DNA of 64,000 nucleotides from assembly GCF_006345805.1 (NCBI RefSeq), contig NC_043014.1, forward strand, positions 5,766,001 through 5,830,000, given 5' to 3'. The notes below the pieces were generated by a model, which did not search any database, had not been told where the DNA came from, and was given only the letters and a program-made list of their open reading frames with translations. Made by a program: the position numbers and the translations under genes. Shown piece by piece: positions 23,170-36,660 of the stretch. The stretch is from Octopus sinensis. Lineage: Eukaryota. Within the stretch, counting starts at the first letter, position 1. Each line of letters begins with the position of its first letter.

Positions 23170-23575
23170 GTGTCTGTGTGGTAAGACACTTGCTTCTTAA
23201 CCACAAGGTATTCTGTTCAGTCCCACTGCGTAGAAAATTGGACGAATGCCTACCACTATAACCTCGAGCTGACCAGAGCCATGTCAGTAGATTTGGTAGA
23301 TTGAGACTGAAATAAGGGTAATATACACACACACACAAACACACACATGTGTATGTATGTATGTATGTATTATGTATGTGTCTGTGATTGTCGCACCACT
23401 ATCGCTTCTCAAGTGATGTCGGTGTGTTTACGTCCCCGTTACATAGCGGTTCGGCTAGAGATACTGATAGAATGAGCACTAGGCTTACAAAGATTAATTC
23501 CTGATGTCGATTTCTCCGACTAAACGCAGTGCTCTAGCATGGCCGCAGTCAAATGACTGAAACTAGTATAAGGAT
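23170..23575 (+). mobile_element. tRNA-derived SINE family 2, near full length with an internal microsatellite; paralog at 54108-54563
   Basis: Head TGTGTGGTAAGAC...TTCAGTCCCACTGCG; tail GTGTTTACGTCCCCG...GCATGGCCGCAGTCAAATGACTGAAAC. Confidence 0.75.
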
Positions 23576-23617
23576 ATATTTATACATAAACATACATACA
23601 CACACACATATATATAT

Positions 23618-23650
<33 letters not shown>

Positions 23651-24029
23651 TACACACACGCATATATATGTTTGTATATATATATCTATATACGTACACG
23701 CACTAATATATTCATATATATGTATATTTATATATACATATATATGTAAATTATATATACAAATATATGTATGTGTGTATACATACACATATGTATGTTT
23801 AGGTGTGTGCACCTGTGTGTGTTTGAATGATTACGTGTGTGATGGATCGTATGTGTGTGTGTGTGCTCTATAGGAACATATGTACATCCGTCCATCCATC
23901 CGTAAGTACATACATCCATATATTAATACATACATAAGTAGATGCATACATGCATACACACATGCAAGTATACGTACCTATATAAATACATAAAGTCATA
24001 CATATATTAACACAAAATCCATGACTTAC

Positions 24030-24173
24030 CGTTTTCGATTTCTCTTCCATTTTTCCTATTCTTGAATCTTGATGAAGAATCACGATCGTCAGAACGAGAA
24101 GAACCCCAAAAGCTATGAGAGAAGAAATGGAATAACGCTGCGAAATATTCCTGGACAGTTGTGCGAAATCCAT
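24030..24173 (-). CDS. Gene copy B exon 1 (signal-anchor, 48 codons)
   Basis: ATG at 24173, hydrophobic ISSLIAFGVLLVLTIVIL, donor GTAAGT at 24029-24024. Confidence 0.85.
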
Positions 24174-24544
24174 TCTGGTGACAGTTGTCGGCCGTACATG
24201 ATATTTCGTGTGGCTTCAACAAAAGATCGAGATGCGAGGTTTAAGCTGAAGACCTGTAACTGAATTCCACGTATTTATTGAGCGCACAACAACCCAGCTC
24301 TGGCATAGATCTTATCGTAAATTTATGAACCAATGCGATTGGTGGAACTGTAAAAGCGGGTGTGACTTCTCTGACAGGTTAATTATTGGAAAGAGATGGT
24401 TTGATATTGTCACACAATAATTAGCAAAATATTTTGATGAATGAGAGCCACGTGTAAAGTGAAATGATTCCTGTTTCTGGATATATTATGATATATTTAT
24501 TTACTAATGTTGTTATTTAATTTTATTTGTTATTCTTGGGACAC

Positions 24545-24638
24545 TGTTTTAATATTCAGTGTGGGAAGTATTTCGTTCAACCAACAAATACACAGACACA
24601 CACACATACACACACACTGACACACACATACACACACT

Positions 24639-24687
<49 letters not shown>

Positions 24688-25426
24688 ACACACACACTGA
24701 CACATACACACACACACACTGACACACACATACACACTGTTTTAATATTCAGTGTGGGAAGTATTTCGTTCAACAGACGAATACACAGACACACACAGAT
24801 ACACACACTGATACACACATACACACACACTGACACACACACACACACACACTGACACACACATACGCAAACACACACACACACTAACAAACACACACAC
24901 ACACACTCACACACACACACACACTCTGACACACACACACTGACACACACACGCACTGACACACACACACACTGACACACACACGCACTGACACACACAT
25001 ACACACTGTTTTAATATTCAGTGTGGGAAGTATTTCGTTCAACAGACGAATACACAAACACACACACATACACACTGACACAAACACACACATATACTAA
25101 CACTTACACACACACTTACACACACACACACACTCACACACACACTCACTGACACACACACACACACACTAACACACACACAATGACACACACACTCTCT
25201 ATCCCACACACACACACACTGACACAGGCACACACACAGACACACACACACACACGCACTGACACACACACTCTCTCTCACACACACACACACACACACG
25301 CACACACTGATAAACACACACACACACACACACACGCACACACTGACACACACACACACACTCACTCACACACACACACACTCACACACTGTTTTAATAT
25401 CCAGTGTGGGAAGTATTTCGTTCAAC
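24545..25426. repeat. Compound minisatellite: four copies of a 37-bp unit (TGTTTTAATATTCAGTGTGGGAAGTATTTCGTTCAAC) separated by (CA)-rich tracts
   Basis: Units at 24545, 24738, 25007 and 25390. Two units upstream of C (about 55558, 55709), two upstream of A2 (about 3415, 3905, reverse), one at about 11803. Confidence 0.9.
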
Positions 25427-25554
25427 CCACACATTAATCGCAAGACTTAATCTAATGAAGTCCGCTGTTCGGATTGGATTCTTCACAACAAGCGTTAATC
25501 GGATTAGAAAAGTTTTATGTGAATATCAAAATCAAAACCTACGAATTCCCACCC

Positions 25555-25667
25555 ACCCATACATACATACATACATGCATGCATGCATATATACATACAT
25601 ACATACATACATACATACATACATACATACATACATACATACATACATGCATGCATATATACATACA

Positions 25668-25699
<32 letters not shown>

Positions 25700-26358
25700 C
25701 ACATACATACATACATACATAAATACATACATATAATCATACATACATACATACACACATACATACACACATACTTACATATATACTTACATACATAAGC
25801 CCTTACATACATATATACATAGATACACACACATATATACATACATACACACATACATATATACAAACATACATACATACACACATACATACATACACAC
25901 ACATACATACATACTTTCATACATACATGTATGTATGTTTACATGTATGCATACATGTATGTATGAATGTAAGCATGTATATATCGATAGACACATACAC
26001 ACATACATATATACATACATATATACATATATACATACATACCTGCATATATACATACATACATACATACATATGTACGTACATACATACATACAAGCAC
26101 ATGTATGTATGTGTTAGTGTATATTTATATGCATGTATGAATGTATATAATATATGAATGTATGTATGCATGTACATATATACATGTGTGTGTGTATTGA
26201 TAGATAATTGAATACTTGCATACACATCTGCATATACCCACATGTATGTATATGTGTGTATCTTCGTATGTATGAATGTATGAATGTATATATGTATGTA
26301 CGCATGCATCCATGCATGTAGGTGTTTATATATATATGTATAGATAGATAGATGATTC

Positions 26359-26389
<31 letters not shown>

Positions 26390-26515
26390 CATAAATATAT
26401 ACACCCATACATACATACATACATACATACATACTCACACATACACATACATACATACATACATACATACATACATACATACATACATACATACATACAT
26501 ACATACATACATAAA
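25555..26515. repeat. (TACA)n/(TATG)n compound microsatellite
   Basis: Direct inspection. Confidence 0.95.
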
Positions 26516-26547
26516 CAGACAGATAGACTTCTTAAATCTTTTTGTCT

Positions 26548-26712
26548 ATTTCATTCATTAGACTGCCGCCTCGACCAGTTTTTAAGGGAACTAAACTCTC
26601 TCAAGGTCTATTTTCATTGTAAGCCTGGTATTTACTGTATCGATTTCTTACGCAGGGACCCTAAGTCACGGGATGTAAACATAACAACGCCGATGGTAAA
26701 ACGGTGCTGGAG
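26548..26712 (-). mobile_element. SINE family 2, diverged 3' part
   Basis: TCATTAGACTGC...AAGCCTGGTATTT...CTAAGTCACGGGATGTAAACA resembles the reverse complement of the tail at 23400-23560. Confidence 0.55.
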
Positions 26713-26736
26713 GAAACACGGATACGCCCGCACCCG

Positions 26737-26785
<49 letters not shown>

Positions 26786-26908
26786 ATATATATATATATA
26801 TATACCGGAGTAAACACATAAATGTGAAACAAGGTGGAAAAAAGAGTACTCAAATACCAGTGGTAGAGTAATATGCTTTATTTTAAGCAGCAGAAAATTC
26901 AACAAAAT

Positions 26909-26947
26909 CTGTTACTCTGAGTTTCTCGTTGCCGTTCATCAGAACAG
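26909..26947 (-). ncRNA. Minimal hammerhead motif in the inverted pseudo-LTR
   Basis: ctgtt-CTGATGA-ACGGCAACGA-GAAA-CTCAGAG-TA-acag (reverse complement). Confidence 0.55.
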
Positions 26948-29900
26948 TTTTTTGCTAGAATGGAACTGATATATCATTCAATCTATACTCTTACAAACGC
27001 TACACCTTTAAAAAGAAATGGACTTGTTTGATTGGCCCTTTAGAAAAAACGGTCAATCTTCGAGCGATAAGCAAAAAGGTCAAAAATATATGTATATATA
27101 TATAAAAAAACTTATAAAAATTATAAAATCCGAGGAAAAAGACCTTTTCGAGCTTATTAGGAAAATTAAATTCCGCAAATTTACCAACCAATTGCAAAAA
27201 AACATGAGAGAAAAAATTAAGGAGATTAACGACTCGAATAAGATCTTCGTTAATTCTGACAAGACAAGGAACTTATATGCACTTGATAAGGACGTTTATA
27301 AACGCCTGATTTCGAATAGTGTCACGGACACATACAAAAAAGACAACACGAATATATACAAAGAGGTGAACTTAGAAGCAAGAGGAATAGCTAACGATCT
27401 TAAGATTAGCGATAGGATTGAATACCTTTCACCACGACCAGCTTTTATTACTCTGAAAGACCATAAAGACAATTTTAGTAGAAACCCCAAATGTAGATTG
27501 ATAAATCCGGCTAAAACTGAGATAGGAATTATTAGCAAAAATATTTTAGACCGTATTTTAGTTAAGTTAGATAGTGAAGTAGACTTGAGAATTTGGAAGA
27601 ATAGTAAGTCAGTCATAGAGTGGTTTAAAGGTATTAGCTATAAGAATAATTGTAGTTTCACACAATTCGACATTATTGACTTTTACCCGTCGATATCTAG
27701 GACGTTGCTCCTAAGGGCATTGGACTTCGCCAAGCAGTATGTCAACATCGATAGCTCGGAAATTGAAATTATTATGCATGCGAGGAAATCGCTTCTGTTT
27801 TTCGAGGATTCCACCTGGATTAAGAAGACTGAGGATTCTCTTTTCGATGTACCGATGGGGGCATACGACGGGGCTGAATTATGTATGCTCATAGGAGCCT
27901 TTATTCTCCATAATCTAAAAATAGAATTCCCATTTATAGATGCAGGTCTATATAGGGATGACGGCCTTATAGCCACGCATAATCTAAACGGCCATGAATC
28001 AGATAGACTTAGGAAGGACCTTATAGCTTCTTTCAAAGGATGGGCTTACGGATTACGATAGATACTAACCTGAATAGTGTAGATTTTTTAGACATAATTT
28101 TAATGTAAGATCGGATAGATTTAAACCTTTCCGTAAGCCAATGAAAAGCTATCGTATATTAGCAAAGATTCGAACCATCCACCAGTTATCCTTAGCAACT
28201 TAGTCAGCAATGTAGGTAGAAGAATATCTTCAATTTCTTCGGACGAGGCAGCATTCCATAATGCTGCACCTTATTACGATAGCGCATTAAAGAATAGTGG
28301 ATTCTCGGAGAATCCAGTTCAACCAGCTTAATGCTAATAATAATGCTGCACGAAGAACTAGGACCAGGAAAGTTTTGTGGTTCAACCCGGCTTTCAATTT
28401 GGCCGTAAAGATTAATATAGGTAAGGAATTTTGGAGATTAGTCTCTAAGCATTTTAAGCAGGGTCATAAATTCTACAGAATATTTAATAGAAGAACCCTG
28501 AAGGTTAGCTATTCTTGTTGCAGAAATTTCGCCTCTTACATTAGCCAACATAATAGGAAGCTAATTGAGATTAGACATGGTGCCGAGCCCATTAAGAAAT
28601 GTAATTTCAAAAACGAAAGCTCCTGTCCGTTAGAAGGGAAATGTCTAGTGAAAGGAGTAGTTTATAGAGCCAAGGTGCAAGTGGAAGGCTCATCGGAATA
28701 CAAGACATACACAGGGGCTTCAGAAAATTCATTTAAAACAAGATTTTATTCTCATAAGAATTCTTTTAAATACCCAGAGAATAGGAAGAAAACCAGCCTA
28801 GCAAAATATGTCTGGGAACTAAAAGAAGAGGAAGCCCCACCTTTCAACGTGACATGGAGCATTCTGGACAGGGCGGCACCATACAGGCATGGAGCTTACA
28901 AATATAATTTCAAGTGCAGGCTTTGCTATTAGAGAAAATGCACATATTATTCAAAGACAATAATTCTTTGAATCAAAGAAGTGAGTTAATGAACTTATGT
29001 AGGCACGCGGCTAAATTTAAAATGTCGATATAAATATAACCATATGGATAGAGTATATATTTTGTATTTTGATTTTTGATTTTGATTTTGACTCTTGAGC
29101 GCTACGACGGACCTATAGCAAGTCTTATTGTTTCTACATATATATTAGGAAAAACCTACAAACTTTGTTTTCATGTTATTGTATTGCATAAGATTACCTT
29201 GATTATTTATATTACCTTGATTATTTATATTACCTTGATTATTTATAAATGGCCCAAAATAGGATGTTATATTTTATTTTATATGTCTTTCGTATATATT
29301 TTTATTAATGCACCCATTTTTTAAAAGCAATGTTTTTTTTTAAAAAAAGCAATGTTGTCAAATTTAGAATGTTTATATAAGTTTGTGTATAGCAAAACAT
29401 ATGTATTTGTAAGCATGCGTATCTGTGTATGTGTAAGTGAAAGTATACTTGTGCTTAAGCACGCATACGCACGACGGTATGTATATGTATCAATTCAAAC
29501 TTGTGTATGTATACTGGCCTCTATAGATGCCAATAATATCGCTACAAGTTTTTTCCCCACCCCTCCTTCGTTCCTTTTTCTCTCTTTCCCTTTCTTTCGT
29601 TCCCCCTCCTTGCTCAGTATATGGGAATTGCTACATAGATGAAATTTAGCTTGCGTGCGAGACGGTTTGCGTGAATATATGTACACATGCTTTTATGTGT
29701 ATAATTTAGATTCATATTCATACGTCTGTATATGTATGTATGGCGTTTACGCGCATCCTTTTGTGTAGTTGATATATATATGTGGATTTTAATATAAATA
29801 TGTATTGCAGTATTTATACAGGTTTAATTTCTATGCATTAATTTGTACTGTCTCATTAACGGCAATAGGTTTTTTCCTCGGTTTTTTTCTCGGATTTTAT

Positions 29901-30074
29901 AATTTTTATAAGTTTTTTTATATATATATACATATATTTTTGACCTTTTTGTTTATCGCTCGAAGATTGACCGTTTTTTCTAAAGGGCAATCAAACAAGT
30001 CCATTTCTTTTTAAAGGTGTAGCGTTTGTAAGAGTATAGATTGAATTAATATATAAGTTCCATTCTAGCAAAAA

Positions 30075-30112
30075 CTGTCTGATGAACGGCAACGAGAAAC
30101 TCAGAGTAACAG
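30075..30112 (+). ncRNA. Minimal type I hammerhead motif in the sense pseudo-LTR of Penelope element 2
   Basis: ctgt-CTGATGA(30079)-A CG GCAA CG A-GAAA(30096)-CTCAGAG-TA-acag. Core intact; stem II weak (A-A closing pair). Confidence 0.6.
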
Positions 30113-30144
30113 ATTTTGTTGAATTTTCTGCTGCTTAAAATAAA

Positions 30145-30176
<32 letters not shown>

Positions 30177-30949
30177 CATGAAGGTTTACGAAAATAAACA
30201 AAAGACGAAGGCAGGTTTACGAAAATAAACAAAAGACGAAGGCAGGTTGAGTACAAACAAACAATCGTATTAGTATGGCGCTCAGGAATAGAAATAAAAC
30301 AAGTCTTTTACTTTTCGAGCCTACGCTCTTCCACAAAAAGATACACAGATAAGAAACAAGGAGAGAAAAAAATGCGTTTAGGAGCTTACGATCCAGCATG
30401 GCGTTCTGATTTCAGGCAGAAGTCAGAGATCAGAGATCAGACGTCAGAATGTCAGACGCTAGACGCTAGAGGGATAGTAGGAGAGGTAACATGGTCAAGT
30501 GACCTCGCCCCAACATGAAGGTGCGTGTGTGTATAAGAGAATGTGTATGTGCGTGTGAAAGAGGGCTGGTGGTCTGGACGTGTGTATGTACGTATGATGT
30601 GATGTGTAATGTCGTATGGTGTAGTGTAGTGTGATGTTGTGGGGAGGTGGGCGAGAGTGGGGTTTGTGGGGAGAGTGAGAGGGGGGAGAAGAGAGAGGCG
30701 GCGAGGAGAGAAGAGAGAGGAGGGGAGGAGGCTGAAGGGAGAGAGGAGATGAGGGGGAGAGGGAAGGAGGAGGGAGGGAAGGAGAAGGAAGGGGAGGGGG
30801 AAAAAGAGGGAGAAAGGAGGAGGGGGATCCTAAAAGAGGGGAGAGGGAGAGGGGGATGGGAAAGGATGGGAGGAGACGATGGGAGGGGAGGGGGAGGGAA
30901 GGGGATTGAGGGAGCAGAGAGAAAATGAGAAGGGGAATAGGAAAGAAAA

Positions 30950-33590
30950 AGAAGAAAGAAGAAGTGGAAAGAAGGGAAGAGGAGGGAAAGAGAGTAGGGC
31001 TGAAAAGATGAAGGACTGAAGAGAAGTAGGAGTCGGGGGGAGGTTAGATTAAAAGGGGGGGCGGGAGAGTTTACACCAAATGGCGTAAATGAGCGAAGAG
31101 AGAAGATTAATCCCTGTTCACGGCGCAAGCGGGAATCCGGATGGCCTCTGTGCAAGGACAATCCGAACACAGACAGGTGTTGCAAGGAGTGACCGGTGGA
31201 GCGGAAATGGCGTGAGACCGGTGTGTCATTGGCAAGGCGGATGTCACGGAGGTGTTCCGCGACCCGGTCAGCCAAACGGCGTCCCGTTTGTCCGATGTAC
31301 AGGGAATGGCAGAGAGAGCAAGAGATGCAATAGATGATATTGCTGGAGGTGCAGTTGAAGGAGTCGATGATGCGATAGGGTCGATGATGGGTGCCAGTGA
31401 GGAGGGTGGTGTTGGAGAGGTAAGGGCAAGCGCGGTAACGTGGGCGGGAGCCAGGTTGGGAGGTAGAGTCAGGGAAGAAGCTGTGGACCAAGAGGTCTCG
31501 TAGGTTATGGGCTCGTTTGAAGAAGGGGAAGGGTTGGTTAGGGAAGAGGGGTGAAGTGGACGGGTCGGACTGGAGATGCCAGAAAGCTCGAAGAATGGTG
31601 CGTTGGAGAGTTATGGTGGTGGGATGGCAAGTGTGAGGAAAAGGGAGGCGGGAGACTGCAGGGCGGGTTCGGGGGAGAGAGCTGATGCACGGTCTACGGA
31701 ACGTGCTCTGGCAAGCGCGGTGTGGATAGTGGTGAGGGGGTATCCACGTAGGATGTATCCAGAGCCATGAGTTGAGACTGAGTCTCAAAGTCATGGTCGT
31801 CACTACAGAGCCTACGAAGACGGAGGAATTGGGAATAGGGGATGGAATGCTTGGTGTGTTTGCGGTGGGAGGAAGAGAAGTTTAGGTATGAGTGTGAGTC
31901 TGTGTGTTTGTAGTGAATGGTGGTGTTAAGAGTGGAGTGATGAATGCTAACCGAAATGTTGAGGAAGGAGACAGAGGTGTTGGAGATAGTGGAGTTGAAG
32001 TGGAGGGCAGTATGGAAGGATTGAACGAAAGAGAGGAAGGAATGTAGATGTCCACGGGAGAGTGAGGTGACGCCGATAATGTCGTCAATGTAACGACCGT
32101 ATAGTTCGGGAGTGGGACCAGTGAAACTAGAGAATATTTGGGCCTCAACATAGCCAACGAACAGGTTCGCATAGTTGGGGCCCATTCGCGTTCCCATAGC
32201 CACTCCCGAGGTTTGTTGGTAGAACTCACCTGCGAACGAGAAGCAGTTAAGAGAAAGGACAAGTTCGGCCAGACGAATGAGTGTGGAGGTGTCGGGTTCG
32301 GGGTTGGGGCGGAAGTCGAGAAAGTGTTGAAGTACCCGCAGTCCTTCGTGGTGAGGGATGACGGTATAGAGGCTCTGGATGTCCATTGTAAAAAGGGTTT
32401 TGGAGGAACCTGGAGGAAAGGAGAAAGCGTTGAAAAGCCGGAGAGCATGGTTGGTGTCGTGGATGTGGGAGGGAAGAGACGCCACTAGAGGGGCAAGGAT
32501 ACGGTCGAGGTATTTTGAGATGAGCTCCGTGGGGCAGTTACAGACGGAGACGATGGGGCGGCCAGAGTTGTTGGGTTTGTGGATTTGGGGGAGGAAGTAA
32601 ATGGTGGGGGTGCGTGGGGGTGCGTTGGATGCGTGAGGTTGGATGCGGTGTAGGGGAGACGGGAGGACGAGATGAGGTCGTGGACAGTAGAGAATACCGT
32701 CTGTTGGTAGCTAAGCGTGGGGTCAGAGGACAGAGGGGAATAGAAGGTGTCATTGAGTTGGCGGAGCGCCTCGGCCCTGTAGAGGTCCACGCGCCACACC
32801 ACCACAGCTCCACACTTGTCAACCGGTTTGATGACAATGTCAGCGCGCCGTTGGAGGGAACGCCTGGAGAAGTTGAACCGCTCCAACGCACGCTGACAGG
32901 CACCCGCGAAAAGATCCACTGCTAGGAACTGGCCGAGGGCACGCGTCCACAGGGATGGTTGGCGACCCAGGGCAGTGAAGCAGTCATCATCGTTGGATGC
33001 GGGTGGTATGTCGCGGAAAAATGCACTCAACCGGACGCGGCGCACAAAGCTGTGGACATCAGCACGCGTCTGGAATTCCTTACAGGATGGAGTGAGGGGG
33101 ATAAAACGCAGACCCCTACTGAGGACGGAGCGTTCCGCCGCAGAGAGGGGAAGATCAGGGGGAATGGTAACAACAGACGGAAGTGGAGAAGGGGTGGATG
33201 GAATAGAAGTAGGAGGGGTGGTAGGGCTGGTGGAGGTCTGAGGGGGAGGGAGTGGGGAGGTGTGTGGGGTTGTTAGGAGGAACAGTGGGGTTAGGTGTGG
33301 GTGGTTGGAGCCTATCAGGAGGGGAGAAGGGTAGTGGAGGAGTTGGGGTTGTGGAATCGGGTGTGATGGAATAGAGGAGTGATTGGAGTTTACGAAGTTT
33401 TGTATTGGAAAGAAATTGATGGAAGAGGTGATTTAAATGGATAATGAAGCGCAACGTGTTATGATCATGGAAAGTCGGCAGAGAGGAGAAAAGATGGAAA
33501 AAGCAGGAGGGAGAAGGCAGTTGTTTAGAGAGATTGGAGCGAAGACCCGCTCTACGCACGGGTAAGAGTGTGATTGTTTCTTTCTGTTGC
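30950..33590 (-). mobile_element. Penelope-like retroelement 3 (Neptune/Poseidon-like; RT + GIY-YIG), frameshifted
   Basis: KPVDKCGAVVVW, FTMDIQSLYTVIPH, GVAMGTRMGPNYANLF, RYIDDII, TDSHSYL, SIPYSQFLRLRRLCS; endonuclease FNCTSSNIIYCISC...LYIGQTGRRLADRVAEH...PVSRHF. Confidence 0.92.
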
Positions 33591-33596
33591 TTCCAT

Positions 33597-33906
33597 TCAA
33601 CACGTAAAAAGCACCATCCGAACGTGGCCGATGGCAGCGCCGCCTTGACTGGCTTCTGTGCCGGTGGCACGTAAAAAGCACCAACCGATCATGGTCGCTG
33701 CCAGCCGTCCTGGCACCTGTGCCAGCGGCGCGAAAAAAGCACCCACTACACTCACAGAGTGGTTGACGTTAGGAGGGGCATTCAGCTGTAGAAACACTGC
33801 CAGATCAGACTGGAGCCTGGTGCAGCCTCCTGGCTTCCCAGACCCGGTCAAACTGTCCAACCCGTGCTAGCACGGAAAACAGACATTAAACGATGATGAT
33901 GATGAT
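33597..33906 (+). mobile_element. LINE 3'-end / SINE-like repeat with a (GAT)n tail and three GGCACG(T)AAAAAGCACC-like subrepeats
   Basis: GAGTGGTTGACGTTAGGAGGGGCATTCAGCTGTAGAAAC...AACCCGTGCTAGCACGGAAAACAGACATTAAACGATGATGATGAT. Confidence 0.6.
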
Positions 33907-34725
33907 TCTCCCTCTTTGTTTCTCTCTCCTTTCTCTCTCACTTTCCCACTCTCTTACTTTTCTTTTCTCTCGGAGTCTCCCTCGCTTTCTCTTACTCTCT
34001 ATTTTTATCTATCTCTCTCCCATTTATAAACAACAAAAGGTCTTGAGTAAGTTGAGAAATAAAATACTTTGAAAGATCAATTATAAATATCAGGCAGTAA
34101 CAACGGAAAGGTCTGCTTCAAGACAGACAGCAAAACTCTAACATTTAAAAGGGACAGACTAACTTGCGAGCTGAAAAAATATAATAAAATATTGGAAACC
34201 AAAGTTTGAAGGGATATAATCTGAGGATAATAGAGTCACCATCGCTGGCATTTCTTAACGACGGACAGCAACGTAGTGGCAGTTTAACGGCTAGCGTAAA
34301 ATTTTGAACTTGATGTAAAAGAAAATTCCTAAACACCAAGTTTTGAAGTGAATCTTTCTCACGACAGTAGACTCACCATGGCAAGCATTCAAAACTTCTT
34401 CATCCTGGACGACAACATATTGTCGATTAAAAGGCTGGCGCAAATTTTTTAGCTTCATGTAACAGAGAATTCCTAAACACCCGCTCCTGTAAATTTTAAT
34501 CCCCTTCCAGCCCCTTTAGACCCCTTTTCACATTTTGGTTAATATAACCCGATTTCATTCGGGTCTACTGGGGCCACATTTTATAAAATTAGGAATTTTG
34601 TCCTAGAGGTCACGCCTTTCATTTGAGAAAAAAAATTGTTTTTATGCAAATTCGCCAGCACTTTTAACATAGGTGTACATATTTTCAGCTCAACCGACCA
34701 CATAATGCACACATTATATATATAT

Positions 34726-34807
<82 letters not shown>

Positions 34808-34869
34808 GTATATATATATATGTGTGTGTGTGCACGCATTATATATATAGAAATGTATACAAATTATGA

Positions 34870-35589
34870 TAGTTATCGCCATACTAATATGGCATTCTTA
34901 TAAAAATAAGAATAAAGCTGTCCGCTTATTAGCTCCATGAGGCCATCGCCTTAAGTTAGCTATTTGATACACAAACTGTATCCATATAACCTTCGAACAA
35001 GGGAGGTCAGTCGCTCCACACTACTTGACCGACAGCTACAGACGCGTTTCGGGGTATTGCCCCTTTTCAATGTAGCGTAGTCAGACCAGTAGGTGTCGCT
35101 TCCGACAATCTCTGTTCGAAGGTTTTATCTACCTAGTTTCGGTGGAATACATCCACTTGTTTTCAATAATAGAAATATTAAAATTACTAAGTCTCTCTAA
35201 AAGAGATAACGGCAGCGTTCCTGGAAAATAATAGTTATCGCCATACTAATATGGCATTCTTATAAAAATAAGAATAAAGCTGTCCGCTTATTAGCTCCAT
35301 GAGGCCATCGCCTTAAGTTAGCTATTTGATACACAAACTGTATCCATATAACCTTCGAACAAGGGAGGTCAGTCGCTCCACACTACTTGACCGGCAGCTA
35401 CAGGTTATATGGATACAGTTTGTGTATCAAATAGCTAACTTAAGACGATGGCCTCATGGAGCTAATAAGCGGACAGCTTTATTCTTATTTTTATAAGAAT
35501 GCCATATTAGTATGGCGATAACTATTATTTTCCAGGAACGCTGCCGTTATCTCTTTTAGAGAGACTTAGTAATTTTAATATTTCTATTA
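34870..35589. mobile_element. Tandem plus inverted pseudo-LTR-like repeat with no RT body (direct repeat 34870-35030 / 35232-35400; 188-bp inverted arms 35167-35354 / 35402-35589)
   Basis: Direct and reverse-complement identity visible by eye; contains a degenerate hammerhead at 35035-35076 (-). Confidence 0.75.
35035..35076 (-). ncRNA. Degenerate hammerhead motif (core TTGAAAA)
   Basis: gctaca-TTGAAAA-gggg caata cccc-GAAA-cgcg-TC-tgtagc: perfect stems, two substitutions in the core. Confidence 0.55.
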
Positions 35590-35881
35590 TACAAATTATA
35601 TATATAAATTAAATTAGAGATAAAACCAGTGAGAGGCAAATGAAACAGTGAAAAACATAAACCAAAACATAAAAATAAAAATATGATATACAAAATATCT
35701 AAAATATAAGATTGAAAAATTTAAATTATTTAAATTTAAAATTAAAATTATTAATATATATTTATAATTTTAAAAATATATATATATATAACTATCAAAA
35801 AGTATTAAAAAGTTTAATATACATAAATACAAATATATACACTTTGTATATATACATTATATATACATATTTATATATAAA

Positions 35882-35912
<31 letters not shown>

Positions 35913-36208
35913 AATTCACCCAATAAATATCTGATTCATAATATTTGTTCTCATGGTTGTGTTGTGGTGGTGGTGGTGGCGGCGATAATTCTCTCTATGA
36001 ATGCAGACAGGCGTAGAGAGAGAGTGTGTGTGAAAGCGCTGTCGAAGGCGGGGAGGTGGGGAGATATAGAACGCTGTGGAACGACCTAATAAAGAGAATG
36101 TGAAGGGGAAGTAGACGCTGTGAAACGACGTTATGGATAGAATGTGATGGGAAGGGAGGAAAATGAGTGCGTGATGGGGGAGGAGAGATACATAAAAGAA
36201 TGAGAGTA

Positions 36209-36408
36209 GACTTGTCAAACTACGTTTTTGGCCCTAGCAACGACACCTATTAAGATAGGGAATTCTAACCTAACCCACTCGCATCCTCACCTCATTTTAC
36301 ATGTTCCTGTAAATTTTTGAGTCAATTTTGGAGTTAACCCGTTCTCAATGCCAAAACCAGACAAGCACACAAACAAAATTTTCGCATTTCAGAATTATTA
36401 TATAGAGA
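36209..36408 (-). mobile_element. Probable non-autonomous Helitron fragment
   Basis: Minus strand starts A|TCTCTATATAATAATTCTGAAATGCGAAA (Helitron-like 5' end); the 3' end is only loosely recognisable (CAAG|T). Confidence 0.4.
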
Positions 36409-36409
36409 T

Positions 36410-36660
<251 letters not shown>

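Larger units (their letters stand above)
26876..30145 (+). mobile_element. Penelope-like retroelement 2 (RT about 27135-28300, GIY-YIG to about 29030; Nematis-like) flanked by inverted pseudo-LTRs (26876-27140 and 29868-30145)
   Basis: RLINPAKTEIG, FTQFDIIDFYPSI, FDVPMGAYDGAELC, GLYRDDGL, VLWFNPAF, KVSYSC, CPLEGKCL, VVYRAKV...YTGASENSFKTRF, LNQRSELMNLCRH. The two flanks are reverse complements of each other. Confidence 0.92.

Noticed and set aside
24545-25426. Regularly recurring 37-bp repeat resembling a CRISPR array
   Set aside because: The spacers are CA microsatellites of 150-350 bp, there are no cas genes, and the context is eukaryotic and intron-containing. Treated as a VNTR.
30300-30345. 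Hammerhead-like GAGCGTAGGCTCGAAA motif on the minus strand near Penelope element 3
   Set aside because: The upstream core reads TGTGGAA rather than CUGANGA and stems I and III are not formed; at best a decayed pseudo-LTR motif.
30466-31803. 445-aa ORF as a single novel protein
   Set aside because: Only the middle is the GIY-YIG endonuclease of Penelope element 3; the Ser/Pro/Leu-rich tail is a translated polypurine/polypyrimidine tract.
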